Source: Trichoplax adhaerens
Taxonomy: Eukaryota; Animalia; Placozoa
Reading direction: 5' to 3'
NCBI RefSeq assembly: GCF_000150275.1
Contig: NW_002060945.1
Location: forward strand, 5,443,397-5,507,396
DNA: 64,000 nucleotides
Under the pieces are notes generated by a model. The model was not told where the DNA came from and did no database searches. It worked only from the letters and a program-made list of their open reading frames with translations. How positions within the stretch are numbered: the first letter of the stretch is position 1; each line of letters begins with the position of its first letter. Positions 38,582-49,715 of this stretch are shown piece after piece. The translations under genes and the position numbers were made by a program.

Positions 38582-39087
38582 GCGAATGAATGAGTTTATC
38601 TTACGGAACTAGATTAGTGTTCTAAATATGGTGTATTATCTCCAAGTTGAATATGGTCCAATTATAGCAGTAACATAAACTGAAATATTCATATCATAAA
38701 CATCAAATTGCGGTATTATTAACTCTGTTATGATTAGTATTGGACGATGTTGGTTTCCGAGCCAAGTGGATTAGAAGCATCGATAGTAAGTAAATATGGA
38801 GAGTGCAGAGTTGTTTGGCTTTGTCTATTTATTTCACAGATATAGTAGTATTCCTTCCTGTACAAGTGAATTAGTCCACGGCATGCAGACACCTAGCCGG
38901 TGTTTCTACTCTAGCAGGATGCTGCATCTTGTCATTTTTAGAAGCGAATACATCACTTGTATAAGTACATAAAGAACATCAAATAGTCTTGATCCATTTG
39001 TGCTTGCATAGCTAAGCAATGGGTTCAAGGATTGATGGCTATCTACTCACTTGAATGATCCTTGACCTACAGTATTCTATCGTAAGC

Positions 39088-39960
39088 AGTACAGTACTGT
39101 CCAGTGCAGTATAACAGCCTTGGGTGATATTGTTCCTGGCAAATGACTGTACAGTTAGTGTACTGTAATCAAGCTATGGATTGAGTGCTTACCTTGAAAG
39201 ATAGTACAGTGTACAGTATTATCGATCTGTGGTACTGTACACTGTACACTAGTACACTGCTGTAATCAGAGTACAGTACAGTACTGTACAGTACGGCAGA
39301 GATCTTCCTGGTCTGGTCCGGTCCGGACCAGAATGGAATTCAACCCTTTGAATTGGTTAAGTGCCCATACGCACTTTGAATTACTATAGTAATTCATTAC
39401 GATACTGTACCCAATCACGGGAATCACGGTGATCCTGGTAACACCGGAATTAGAAATTCATGGTACCAGTACGGCGAGCAGTTTGTTACTTTCTCTTCTA
39501 CTGTATACTGTTGGTAGATTCTCCCTTTGGTTTCTATCAATGATTACAGTACAGTACAATACAGCATGTCTACAGTATACAGTACTGTATACTGTAGACT
39601 GTAGATGCAGAAATTGAAACGGAATTATTTTAGTAACGGTACAATACAGTACCGTATTGACGGGTGACGTCGCCTACAGTATGACGATACTGTACAGTGT
39701 ACAGTACAGTACCGTACAGTACAGTACTGTATACTGTAGACTGTACTGTAGTTGTAGAAATGGAAACGGAATTATTTTAGTAACGGTACAGTACAGTCCG
39801 TATTGACGGGTGACGTCGCCTACTGTACAGTGTACAGTACTAGTGTACAGTATGACGATACGGTACAGTTACTACAGTACTGTACTGTACTGTACTGTAC
39901 ACCGTGAACTGTACAGTACACAGTAGTACTGTACAGTACAGTACAACAGCACTGTACTGT
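39088..39960. repeat. Large ACAGT/ACTGT array with a duplicated ~120-150-bp cassette in the GT31-B/CIB divergent promoter region
   Basis: Dozens of gtaca/tactg pentamers; cassette gaaacggaattattttagtaacggtac...gtattgacgggtgacgtcgcctac at ~39617 and ~39763. Confidence 0.9.
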
Positions 39961-40126
39961 TTACTGGTGCTTTCCTCAACAGCATTCCACCTGGACCTGG
40001 CTTCCTTATTTGTACCGCTTCATTGCCATCTCACGGGCCATTTTCGATATTGCCTTGTGAAGATTTGCAGTTGAAAAATATTCCTTTCCACTTTTTGAAC
40101 CAAGTTGTGGTTGATATCCTACAAGT

Positions 40127-43051
40127 ATGGGAAATCGACAGTCGACTTTTACTGAGGAGCAACTGGAAAAGTATCAGGTACACTTGTTGAGGTAGTCATG
40201 TTTGTTGAAATGAATCTGTTTATATTGTAAGCAAATAAACATGCCGAAATGTTCAAACTTCTTTAGGCCAGTCTATTAAGAGAATTCAGTAATGAAGTTA
40301 TTCAAAGTGGGGAGTAGGTACAGTACATTATGTTGACTTGATATCCACATTCCAGTTATCCTGGAACCTATTATAGTGATTTGATTACAAGAATTTCCTT
40401 ATTTATAACCATGATTGCAATTTGAACGCGTGTTATTTACAGCACTTGGAATGCGTCATGAATTTATTAGTAGCACACAATATTAAGACGACGAATTCAA
40501 TTTCACTTACGACCAAGTCAAATGGATATGCACAAATGGCGTAGATAAAATACTTGATGTTGTCATGTAATCTAGGCCTAGTCAATAATTTGGCATTTTG
40601 TTTTTATTGATCACAAGTCCATTCCACTTAGTATCATATGAAAATACAACCTCCACTGTAATGATAGACATAATCTTGGAGAATAATTGTCTAGCGTTCA
40701 ATTCCATTACATGCAAAAGTAAAATGGGCCAGGGATTGACTGGTAGATCTCCAGTAAAAATTTCTTATACGCACGATACTGTATCAATTATACCGGTCAT
40801 GGTGATATCAGTGAATTCAATACTTGATAATTAATCATGCAGTTAGAAAAAATTCGCTAATATTGATCTACTGCATATTCAAATTCACTAGACGGCGCAG
40901 TATCCACAAGTTTAAAAGTGGAGACTATAAATTGCGACCTCAATGTTAATTTACGCCCAAAAAATATCCATAAAACTGGTCGATGCTAATAGTGTAGTCA
41001 TACACGAGTAGATAAGCCTGGTAACTGTACAATTTGCACCTACAATGGAGAATTGACCATTTTACTATTTTAGTACTTTATTTTATATTTTTGGTACGGG
41101 CGGAAGTCAAGTTGTTCTTAACCATGAAACCCTATCCACAGTACGAACAGATCAGTAAATATGACACATTTATCATCAGCTCTTTATTAGTACGAAGATG
41201 ACAAGGGAGATACGGAACTAATGCTCCCATTTTCGTGAATAGAATAATATTAGTTATGAGCATTTACGCCAATCATTGGCTTTAAAATCCCTGAAATTAG
41301 AACCAACTCATTCACTTTTATTTACGTCAAGATGATATAACTGATTTAGGAGATAGGAAGAGCATTTCGCATTATTTTATATACTCGTATTGATTGATTG
41401 ATTTCGATACATGTACAGTATTATCATAGTTTACAGAATACAGCATTATCCAAATAATTGTACTATTATACTCTTCCGCACTTGAACAGTTGAACAGTTC
41501 TTAAATACAATTTAATGTGTTCTCTTTCAGGATTGTACCTATTTTACACGAAATGAAATCCTAACGTAAGTATGAAAACGTACTATAGTGATGATATTGG
41601 TTCTTACTCCCATCTACTTTTACGAACACTATTATTAATCTACATTACAGTAGCTATCTGAAGAAATGTTATACTTTAACATCCATTGTCGTCGTTTCTT
41701 AGGGCTTACGTCAAGTTTTGTGAATTAGCGAATATTAGGGGAAAGGTTGCTCTTAAACAAGATTATAGCAAGGCTATGAAATTAAGAATTGGCCCTGATG
41801 CGATCAAAGAATCAGAAGCTTTAAGGGTATTCATTTCTTGATAGACGGTGTAGTTTCACTATAAGTATAAAGTATAAGAAATCTTGTTCCATCTTGTGAT
41901 ATGCGCCCTATGACATTTTGATATTGGATGACTTCTTTGGTGCCTACTCCTACAATGATGTTGTCCTCTCAATAATATAGGAGAATCCTTTCGCAATGAG
42001 AATCTGCCAAGTATTCTCCACCACCGAACGTCCTGGATACTTAAGCTTTAACAATTATTTGAACATGATGACTGTTCTAAGTGACCGGGTAATTTTTAAT
42101 TACTAGTTCATATTATTCAGACATCGGTCTAGATCTACTATTTTGCGTCGTAATGATATCCATCTTGTACTGCTTTCATGCAGACATTTATGTCTGACCT
42201 GTGTAACTGTCCTGCAACTTATAGATGATCCGGCTATTAGATAATTATGCATAATAACCGGAATTCGGGCTGTAGCTGTAACATAGATATAGTTTATAGT
42301 AGTCCTATTTGTTTGTATCAATTTTTTCCAAAACATCTAAATGAAATAATAGCAAGAAATGCTCTTTACTGATATTCTCTTATCGATACAGGCACCCGCC
42401 GAGCTGAAAGCGGCGTACGCCTTTAGAATTTACGGTATGTGTATTGTAAGATTCATTTGCACTTAATCATAAACAGCATAAACAGCTAAATACCTTTTAT
42501 CCAGTACTCGCTGTTTGCTTCGGATAATTTAATATTGGACGTTTACTGTAATAAATATATTAAACTGTATATTGATATGTATTTAGATTATAATGACAGC
42601 AATTATTTAGAAGATGACGATCTAAAGCATGCCTTAAAGGATTTGTTATTCGGTGTAGACGAGTTACCTAGTAAAGAAGTGAATATGATCGTCAATGAGG
42701 TTAAACGAATTTTAATATTACAAGATGAATTTACAAAGTAGTTGGACCGTATGCTTTACTGCAATTGTTTATTACCTAATTGGCAGATATTTTATCTTTT
42801 ATTGTGCACATGATAAGACTTTTTTTGCTTATTGAATGTACTGTAGATTATGAGAGAAGCTGACTTGGATGACGATAAAAAGTTATCGTATATGGAATTC
42901 GAACATGCTATCTTAAAATCTCCAAACTTTCTACAGTACGTAAACACTCTAATTTCTCTTTATCAAAGGTCAGTTCATTATCGATGTTATGGCATCAAAT
43001 TACAAACCCAAATCGAATTTCTTTTTCAGGAACTTTCATGTACGATTATAA
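40127..43051 (+). CDS. Calcium- and integrin-binding family EF-hand protein (CIB2/3-like), 8 exons
   Basis: MGNRQSTFTEEQLEKYQ|DCTYFTRNEILT|...|ENPFAMRICQVFS...|APAELKAAYAFRIY|DYNDSNYLEDDDL...|IMREADLDDDKKLSYMEFEHAILKSPNFLQ|NFHVRL*; N-myristoylation-type start and two C-terminal EF hands. Confidence 0.93.
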
Positions 43052-44316
43052 CAAGGGAAGTGCGTGAATATATTTTTATAACGGCTGTTTCTCGTTTATT
43101 GTTCACTATTGAGTAATTCTTGTAACAGCTGACTTTAAAAGATGTTATCAAGCAGTTTCTGGGGAGTGAATGATATAGACAGTTTATTGCTCCAGTTATT
43201 TGTTGTCTTTGCCGTGGTTTAACGCAATCTTACGGTTTGTTTCTATTGTTTAAAAAAATTTACAGGTATTGATACTATGCATATCGATACAGCGTATTTA
43301 ATGCTGTGTTGATCTAATCTACAGTCTCGTGTTCTGTTATAGTTACTGCCCTGTATTCATGTTAGGGATCGACAGTAACTATTACTTCAATTTATTTTAC
43401 TAAAGTGAATTATTTTATTTATTTCTTTATCAATTTTTTGATTAATTTCTTATCATGTATATTTGTTGGGAGTGATATGTGTGTATGTCTCTTCATTAAG
43501 ATACAGTATATTGTAGTTCTTGCTTCTTACTTTAAATTTATTCTTTACTGACATGATAACATTATTATACTAGCTAATTTGCTGTTATGATAGCAATCAA
43601 TTATATTATATTTTACAGCTAAGCACTGTATCATTAGCATATTTTGATACAGTTGTCACACTGTTATAAAGTTATCTTCTATGTTGATAATTTTCCCTAT
43701 ATACTATCGTCAGGATAGTTCGAACACGAACTTTTGATATTTTTAAATTTACAAAAATCGATATAAATACGAGCTTGACTTGTGATGCATTCACTGTTGC
43801 TAATTTTTGAAATGTTTTTTTCAACTGGATACAATACTTTATTCGTCGAATTTAAAATAAGTAGTTCAATATTACCAACTGTTAAGATCTAAGGTAATTC
43901 AATCTCTGTAAGGTTTTGAGTAATGATACACATATATAGATTTGATTAAAATAAAATCTAAAGGTTATCGTATTAACAGCTCGTAAAAATATGCTTTGAT
44001 CGGTTGCAATGAACGAAAGACTATGTGAAAAGTATTCATACTATGAAGTGGAGGCATCCACAGCTAAGAAAATCTGTATATGATGAAGGAATGGTATCCA
44101 ATCAAAATCAGGAAATTGTTGATATACTGTATAAAGCTTTTGAACATAGCTGATCGATTAATTAGATGGCTATCGATATTGGAAGTTATGAAGAGGATTT
44201 TAATACAGTGTAGTTGAATATACATCAGACTCATTCAAGCGCACATTATTGTAACTGCCAGTAGATTAATTATTTACGCGTATCTATTTATGCATTTAGT
44301 TGTGATTATCCGTCGA

Positions 44317-47300
44317 ATGTCTTCACGTGTTGCTCAATATGAACAGTTTCAGTTACAGATAGTTTATATGATCTATCAGGAACAATTGGAAGAATTTTTA
44401 ACTTCTCCGTTAATCAATTTGAATAATGAAAATTAATCAAGCAGACGCTTTATTCTATTTTATTCTTCATTTCTTTTTACACCTTTATATATTTTACAGT
44501 ATTATCCTGGTACTAGTGTACAATTAGTAATTCTAACTTGGTTGTACAATGTACATGCTGCTATTATGGATAAGTGACGCCTTAATGATTTACGCTGACA
44601 TAGTTCAGGTCGACTTTTGATATTCAAAATTTTCACAACAGAATAAGCTGCAGGAGCTTGTTCGAGTGAAAAATTGCCAATTTTACATGTTCGAGCTGTT
44701 GGAGACTAACGCAATATGGAGGCTCCTTTATAGCAAAGAGACTGAAACAGATCCACTGTTTGCATACTATCTTATGTATTGGCTATGGCCGGTAGTAGAG
44801 TTCTATACACATATTACCTATCTCGATTACGTCACACCTCCCGCGTCTGTCCATCCAATGTCTGCTTGTCACGTTCTTCTTGAATGGTTCGAGGTTGGAA
44901 CCGAACCGACTTGTCATGCGCTGTAGGATGAGCGTGTTGGAAGCAAATTATCCCAGTAATGTTAGTGTATATATAGTGCTGTGGCTACTGATTGAGCGGT
45001 AGCATTAAGATTGCCACAAGGTCGAGGTCTTCCATGACTAGCTAGCCTAGCATGATCAGACATGGCGTGCTATGCTTGCAATAGGAGATTCACGATCAAT
45101 TTATTAGCCCTTGTAACGGATAGCAGTCGATTTTATTTGTATGCACGTTCATTAAAGTCAGGAGTTGGAGCACAGTGGAATAGTGGTGTAGGTTACAGTA
45201 GAGGGATTTCAAGTTTAGGAGGTCAATTGAATCAAGTAAAAGAAGAATCCAATGTGCAAGTATCACCAGATGAGAGTGGAATAGAGTTGGCGGTAAACTT
45301 GAGCCAACAAGGAGAGTTGCAAGACGATCAAGATACATTCAATCGTAATGGACATATTTCTAAGCAAGAAGACTTGAGGTAATGTGATAGCGAACAATTG
45401 TACTATAGCATTGAAAGTAATAGGACGTATTAAGGCTGCACATAGTACGTGTAGAGATTAACGATGGAATGCTAATCGAAATGATTTTGTTGCTTTCCAT
45501 GGACTATCTTTAACAACCGGTAGAAATAGTCAAAATGATATTAGAGATGAAAGTAGAGCGATGTCGGAAGATCTGAATAAAAAAAAACTGATAGTGAAAT
45601 CTAATAGTGCAGTTAAGAATCATAAAGACTTTCAAAGCATTCCAAGTGATCGATTGCATTTATTTTGTGGCGACAAGGTAAGAATATGCAATGTTGCTTG
45701 AATTTGCTTGCTGCCATACCAGCTGAGCAATAGGGGAATCTTATAGCGACGGTAGCATAGAATTCAGTAGGTTATTTTCAGTACTAACGTGAGTTTTCAA
45801 TGATGCCTTCATCTTAAATGTAGTTAAGTTTGCAGTTATGGGAGCACTATCAGAAAACACGCCAGACTGAAAGTACTTTGGACCAAAAGATGCAGCTTAG
45901 GTCAGCTCTTCTACATGCTATAAAGACTGTTTATAAAGGTATGATATGATCACGGTCATGAACTACTAGAACGATAACCTACACTTCTAGTAGTCATATC
46001 ACAATTTAGGTCATGTACAAGCCAGTACAATACAGCAATTTTCATTGATGGATACAATCTCTTTATACGTAGATGCTTCTCTGCATATTGTTGGATCTTC
46101 AACCAATGGATTCGGTAGTGAAGATAGTGATATCGATTTTTGTGCCGTTGTAAATAATAATAGAGAGGTAAGGTCGACATGCCAATTTACATGATTTAAA
46201 TTAAATACACCTTTAATGTTAAACTACAACAGTAACATTAATGAATTAATAACTGGCTAAGATGGGAAAAGATTAAAGCGATTTACTTTACTAATTTCAT
46301 CATGCAGGGACTATTAAAAAAGAAAGAAAGAGAGGGTGCTTCTCTTTCTTTCTTTTTTAATAGTCATTCCTTTCTGAGCGCAATGCACTAACATAATCAT
46401 ATTTAACATGACCTGATATGTAGAACAATTTCTACTAAAATTTCATTTATAATTTGTAATTTCTATGTTTCAGTTCACCCGTCGTAAGACGTTATATGCG
46501 TTATCCAATCTCCGTGCAAAATTAGCCACATTACGTATGTTACATTATCGACTTGGCAATTTCATGTTTTTAGAAGAATAAGGATAATGTCTTTGTCTTG
46601 ATAGATAGTAACTTAAATAGTAAAAGAATTCATTAAATTCATTGATAGGATACTTGAAGGATGTTAGACTTATACCTGCTGTAGTTCCGATTTTGGAGTT
46701 TCAGGACTGCGTATCGTTAGTTTACTTTCTAGACTTTTTCTTATGCATTTGAATTGGATCGTCTTTAACGTAAATTATGTTTTGCTTTCATTTAATCTTT
46801 TTTTTCTATAGTGGATTTAATTGTGATATAAGCATTAACAATGATACGGTTAGTACAAGTAGAAAAATTTTGCCGTAATTTCCTGATATAGATATTTATT
46901 AAAAGCACAAGACCAATTTTATGGTACTTTTTCTAAATCTTACAATGTTTTATTTCATACGATATAGGGAATACGGAATACCCATTTATTATACGCATAT
47001 TCGTTGTGTACGTTGGATTGTAGATTCCATAAAGAATCAGTTTATCGTTATCATTGTATTAACGCTTAATTTTGTTTAGGCGATGATAGGGTTGCACCGC
47101 TTGTTAAATTTATCAAAATGTGGGGACACTATTACGGCATCAATAAGTCTCAGTATGGCACCTTATCTAGCTATGCCGTAGTAAATTTAGTTATTAATTA
47201 TCTTCAAGGTAACTGCTTCAAATGCTGAATGTTAAAAGTGTATTCTTATTGTAAGATATTAAGATGTATATGTAGGCATTAAGTGATAATCCTTGTTTGT

Positions 47301-48328
47301 CAACAGAATGTGATCCACCTGTGTTGCCGTTCTTGCAAGAGGATTTTCCAGTAATATTGATTAGACAATGATTAACTATGGATCATCTCGATGCTGCGAT
47401 CAGTTATACTTTAATCAATAACAACGATGTTACTGCTTATTTTAGAATATCTTTAGGAAGAAGTCATCACTTAACAGTATACCCAAGCGTAGCAAAAGCG
47501 TCGACTTATCAGGAATTCCTCAAAATTTGTATGTACTTTCTCTTTGAATGTCTTTATTGACTAGATCATTTAGAGAAATGCTAAATGGCTGCATTAGCAA
47601 TTACAGTACCAAGATATATTCTCTACTTTCACACTATTCTTCATATAAGCTTGTTTAAATTTTGATTTGTAGAAGTAAGAATCAAAAAACTATAGGAGAG
47701 TTACTCATTGGATTTTATAGACATTATGCTGTATTTAAGTGAGTATTTTCTAACTATCGAACATAGTTTGTATTTGTTTGTTGTTATTACAGATATCAAT
47801 ATCGGTAAATTAAATTGCGTAAGTATAATCGTACTAGTGCTAACTTTTTAAATTGGCTGTATAGATGGTCAAACTACATAATATCAATAAAGAAAGGCAA
47901 GTTTCCGTTGGATTGGAGACACAAATTTATGACTGCTAAAGCCCACTATATAAATATTGAAGGTGAGTATGTCAGTGTACTGTCATTCTTTGTTTATCAG
48001 GTACAGTCACTCGTAAAATAGTTGTTGCATAAAGATTTAAAGTGAATATTTCTTTTACTTTACAAATTTAGAACCATTTGAGGATAAAAATGTTGCCCGC
48101 TCCATACGAAGTAGAAAGAAATATGAGAAAATAAAGATAGCGTTTAATATGGTAAATAACAATGTTAAATTGATGCAATAAATACAATAGTTCATAATTA
48201 ATCAATTGATTAACGGCTTGATTTAACTACATCATGTGTTAATCGTATTGTTATTTTAGGGGGAAAAGGCCCTCAGACAAAACCCTGACTTAAAGTCTTT
48301 ATTTTCGTTTTCACTTAATGAGAATTAG
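44317..48328 (+). CDS. TENT2: Cytoplasmic poly(A) polymerase GLD-2 / TENT2-like terminal nucleotidyltransferase; 5' exons tentative
   Basis: Exons encode DK|LSLQLWEHY, VGSSTNGFGSEDSDIDF, AVVPILEFQD, CDISINNDT|GIRNTHLL, RVAPLVKFIKMW, GTLSSY, PPVLPFLQ, SKNQKTIGELLIGFYRHYA, INIE|EPFEDKNVARS; three catalytic Asp intact; stop TAG 48326-48328. Confidence 0.88.
46309..46365. repeat. Perfect 25-bp inverted repeat (7-nt loop) in a GLD-2 intron
   Basis: gactattaaaaaagaaagaaagaga-gggtgct-tctctttctttcttttttaatagtc. Confidence 0.95.
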
Positions 48329-48564
48329 TAAAATGCTATTAACGTGTTGAGGCTATGATTATCTGCTGTATTTATTTCATGCAAACTACATTTATGGACT
48401 CCCTACGACGATCTTCAGTTAATTGCAGTATTGGAAGAATCTTTATTGCAATGCATTCAGGCACTGCAGCAGTTCTATGACTGATTATATTGCAACATGA
48501 AATAAGTTTGTAAAAGATAATAAAACTGATTATTTTTGCTTGCAAACTATAACTACCTAAGCGT

Positions 48565-49085
48565 AAAGTGCTTTACCATCAAGATTGACACCCAAATGAG
48601 TTAATGTTATATGATGTACGTATAATTTATATATATGTATATATCGTATTCTTAGTACTGCAAGTCGTCAGCTAAGTGTAACCTTTTGGTGAGTTACAGT
48701 ATCCTCGCAGAATATCCGATCTCTCTTAGACGGTGATGCTTCGATATAGAGTATGAGATCAAAATTATTCGCCTAAAATGTGTGGAAGACTAAAGGTCTA
48801 AGTTATATTGGTCTATATCAAACTGTAATTGTGATTCATATGGATGTACATCAGTGATACAGTGTAGAATGCAGTAGTAATCTAAAAGTGTTTTCCTGTC
48901 AAGAGTGACGCCCAAATGAGTTCAAAGTAGATAATCTACGTATAAAATATATAAATCGTGTTCTTAGTACAGCGAATCGTCAGCTAAGTGTAGCTATTAG
49001 CAAGCTACAGTATCTTTGTAAAATATCCGATCGCTCTTGGTAGACGATGCTTCGATAATAAAGTGGAAAATGCAGTAGTAATCTA
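48565..49085. repeat. Diverged tandem duplication (copy A 48565-48884, copy B 48885-49085 with an internal deletion) between the GLD-2 and ACER 3' ends
   Basis: Shared blocks cccaaatgagtt, ttcttagtac, tcgtcagctaagtgta, aatatccgatc, gatgcttcgata, aatgcagtagtaatcta. Confidence 0.88.
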
Positions 49086-49715
49086 CAACATCGTAGCAAT
49101 ATCTATAAATCCAAATGTTTTATTAATTTATCAATGCTAGGTTACTTTATTAATAGATTCTGTGTCTGGATTTATAAATACCTTATACTATTTTCTTAAA
49201 TATACATATCATTTTGTAATTCGATAAGTTTTCCCGTATTCTGTAATGGCGATTTAACATTAACTATACAATCAATGTTGAATACTCATAGCGATTGATG
49301 AACTGTAAAAAATTTAGATCATTATCACAGCATGACTTGGTTTATCATGAGGATATTTTCAACTAATTATAGATACGCACTCACGGTCAAATATAATCAC
49401 TTACACTGGATTTTTTGCTCTAAAGTGACATTTTTTATAGTACTTATATAGCAATTGTATTATTTAATATATTTTCTATAATTACTTATCTTAAATAATT
49501 CGAAAGCTATACGTGAGCGCAATGCATTTCAATACAAATAATAACAGTGATTGCATTATCGCTGCTTTAATACTAAAATTTTACGGCAAATTTAACAATC
49601 CACAATGGTCAATAATACTTTCGTACAGTACAACGGTATAGATTCCGACATAATCAAAAAGTGCTCAGCACTTTTATGAAAGTGTTGTGGCGATTGGCTG
49701 CAAGGATACGGCAAC

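Noticed and set aside
39088-39960. Repeat array superficially like CRISPR
   Set aside because: Eukaryotic context, pentamer microsatellite, no regular repeat-spacer structure and no cas genes
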